A DNA stretch of 64,000 nt, taken from Pseudobacteriovorax antillogorgiicola. GTDB lineage: Bacteria; Bdellovibrionota_B; Oligoflexia; Oligoflexales; CAIYRB01. The position numbers and the translations under genes were made by a program. Below, one piece after another: positions 62,473 to 64,000 of this stretch. Each line of letters starts with the position of its first letter. Position 1 is the first letter of the stretch. Under the pieces are notes generated by a model. That model was not told where the DNA came from and made no database searches. It saw only the letters and a list, made by a program, of their open reading frames with translations. Where the stretch lies: the NCBI GenBank assembly GCA_945862295.1, contig CAMAXT010000001.1, positions 23,740 through 87,739 of the forward strand. The letters run 5' to 3'.

Positions 62473-63913
62473 CTTTTTTCGAATTTAGTGTCGACAAAAG
62501 TACCGCGTTTACAGCCGCAGGGTTCATTTTTCCCCCGCTTTCCTTCATGATACGACCGACAAAAAATCCAATGATTTTTTCTTTTCCTGAGAGGAACTCA
62601 GCTACCTGGGCCGGATTCTCGTTGACGATTCTTTCAACAAGCGTGCGAATAGCTGACTTGTCAGAAATCTGTACCAAGCCTTCTTCTTTGATAATCGTCT
62701 CTGGATCCTTACCGGTTTCGACCATCGACTTAAAGACCGTCTTGGCAATCTTGCCGGAAATCGTACCTTCGCCGATTGCGTTTACTAACTGGGCTATAGA
62801 CTGGGCCGAGACAGGGCAATTCATGTAGGTCCAAGAGCGATCATTTACCTCTCGTGCCAATTCGGAAAGAATCCAGTTAGCGGCGAGTTTCGGCGTACCT
62901 TTTTTTAAGAACTTGGTGCTACTCTCAAAGTACTTGGCTAGGTCTCGGTCCGACGTAAGTTGAGCGGCATCCACAGCCGGCAACTCAAACTGCTCGATGA
63001 AGCGCTTCTCAAGTTGCGCTGGTAACTCAGGGAGAGACTTCCTAGTCTTTTCAATACGTTCTTCGTTTATGAAGAGAACCGGTAAATCAGGGTCCGGGAA
63101 GTATCTGTAATCGTGACTCTCTTCTTTCGAACGCATCGGTCTAGTAGAACCACTATTGGCATCAAACAGCATCGTCTGCTGAATGATTGTACCGCCTTGT
63201 ACAATAATGTCGGCCTGGCGAACTGCTTCATAATGGATAGCTCGTTCTATATTGCGAAACGAGTTCAGATTTTTGATCTCGCAGCGGGTGCCGAGCTTGG
63301 TGGCTCCTTTGCGCTTCAAAGAAACGTTGGCGTCACAGCGGAAGCTACCTTCCTCCATGTTTGCATTCGAGATCTCAAGAAAGCGCACGATGGAGTGGAG
63401 GCGTCTCAGGAAGTCTGACGCTTCTTCTGCGCTCTCTAACTGCGGCGTTGAAACGATTTCGAGAAGTGGAATGCCAGCTCGGTTAAGATCGACGAAGCTA
63501 TTTTTATCGCCGTGGACATTCTTACCTGCGTCTTCCTCAATATGAATCCGCGTTAGCTCGATGAACTTCCCACTCGTTAATGTAATGCCTCCTTTTTCAC
63601 AGAAGGGGAGATCGAATTGGGAGATCTGGTAGCCCTTCGGGAGATCCGGATAGAAGTATTGTTTCCGCGCAAAAACACTGCGCTGACGGATATCGGCACC
63701 GACTGCCAAAGCCAAGGCGATCGCGGAGTCTAGAACTTTCTTATTCACTACCGGCAACGCACCCGGTAGACCCAAGCAGACCGGACAAGTATGTGCATTC
63801 GGCTCTCCACCAAAGGATGTCGAGCACCCACAGAAAAGTTTCGACTGGGTATCAAGTTGGCAGTGAACTTCCAGACCTATTACAAGATCAAATTGTTGGA
63901 GTAGGTCAGACAT
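62462..63913 (-). CDS. gatB: Asp-tRNA(Asn)/Glu-tRNA(Gln) amidotransferase subunit B
   Basis: MSDLLQQFDLVIGLEVHCQL start at 63913, CPVCLGLPGALP, C-terminal GatB/YqeY domain. Confidence 0.96.
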   Translation of the reverse strand: MSDLLQQFDLVIGLEVHCQLDTQSKLFCGCSTSFGGEPNAHTCPVCLGLPGALPVVNKKVLDSAIALALAVGADIRQRSVFARKQYFYPDLPKGYQISQFDLPFCEKGGITLTSGKFIELTRIHIEEDAGKNVHGDKNSFVDLNRAGIPLLEIVSTPQLESAEEASDFLRRLHSIVRFLEISNANMEEGSFRCDANVSLKRKGATKLGTRCEIKNLNSFRNIERAIHYEAVRQADIIVQGGTIIQQTMLFDANSGSTRPMRSKEESHDYRYFPDPDLPVLFINEERIEKTRKSLPELPAQLEKRFIEQFELPAVDAAQLTSDRDLAKYFESSTKFLKKGTPKLAANWILSELAREVNDRSWTYMNCPVSAQSIAQLVNAIGEGTISGKIAKTVFKSMVETGKDPETIIKEEGLVQISDKSAIRTLVERIVNENPAQVAEFLSGKEKIIGFFVGRIMKESGGKMNPAAVNAVLLSTLNSKKVGS

Positions 63914-64000
63914 TTGGTTTGTACCGTTCACTCCATTTAAGTTTTTTCTCGTAAATGCCGGCCAGCTGGAGGAGTGAAGTTTCCTGATTCCAGGGAGCCA
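63906..64000 (-). CDS. gatA: amidotransferase subunit A, 3' end only (gene continues beyond the right edge)
   Basis: The minus-strand frame gives ...APWNQETSLLQLAGIYEKKLKWSERYKPNV-stop, a GatA-like C-terminus. Its stop overlaps the gatB ATG by 8 nt (ATGTCTGA). Confidence 0.7.
   Translation of the reverse strand, partial: APWNQETSLLQLAGIYEKKLKWSERYKPNV

Overview
64-kb chromosomal window from a Gram-negative, flagellated bacterium. It carries lptC-lptA-lptB, a LolA-like gene, two flagellin genes and rpoN. The GC content looks intermediate by eye. Gene content would fit a Bdellovibrio-like organism or a relative, but that is inference only. All family calls come from motif recognition in the translated ORFs; no searches were run. 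I count about 60 protein genes and 4 tRNAs (Arg-ACG, Ser-GCT, Ser-TGA, Ser-CGA). There is no rRNA, no CRISPR array and no transposase or integrase. Conserved housekeeping blocks: (1) tilS-ftsH-folP-cdaA-cdaR-glmM-pdxJ-tsaE on the plus strand, 12.8-21.4 kb; (2) gcvT-gcvH-gcvP, 41.9-46.4 kb; (3) pyrG-kdsD-lptC-lptA-lptB-rpoN-rapZ on the minus strand, 47.6-54.9 kb; (4) gatA'-gatB at the right edge. Also present: nadA, fadD, mdh, htpX, ftsK, a PocR/sigma-54 activator, an HDOD protein, and a glycosyltransferase operon that includes a START-like protein. Accessory and decayed material clusters around the tRNA genes. A 4.7-kb segment (25.0-29.7 kb) lies between two tRNA-Ser genes with identical arms. 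It holds a secreted protein with Kunitz-like cysteine spacing, a secreted HEXXH metalloprotease, a VOC gene abutting a deaminase with an unresolved 5' end, and an outer-membrane-protein gene interrupted by one in-frame TAA. A frameshifted VOC gene and an internally deleted HAD gene follow tRNA-Ser(CGA). Main observations for follow-up: (a) an 806-codon ORF reads through a C-terminal-sorting-tag-like motif straight into a textbook signal peptide and a beta-barrel module, and a sigma-54-type promoter lies upstream of it; (b) a true C-terminal copy of the same Cys / hydrophobic helix / Arg tail sits on a matrixin protease; (c) all three tRNA-Ser genes are followed by a hairpin plus a conserved CTCCACTT box; (d) sigma-28-type promoters precede one flagellin gene, an uncharacterised 64-aa ORF and possibly the sigma-54 activator. 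I did not see a compact multi-gene system that is clearly novel (defence-island type).
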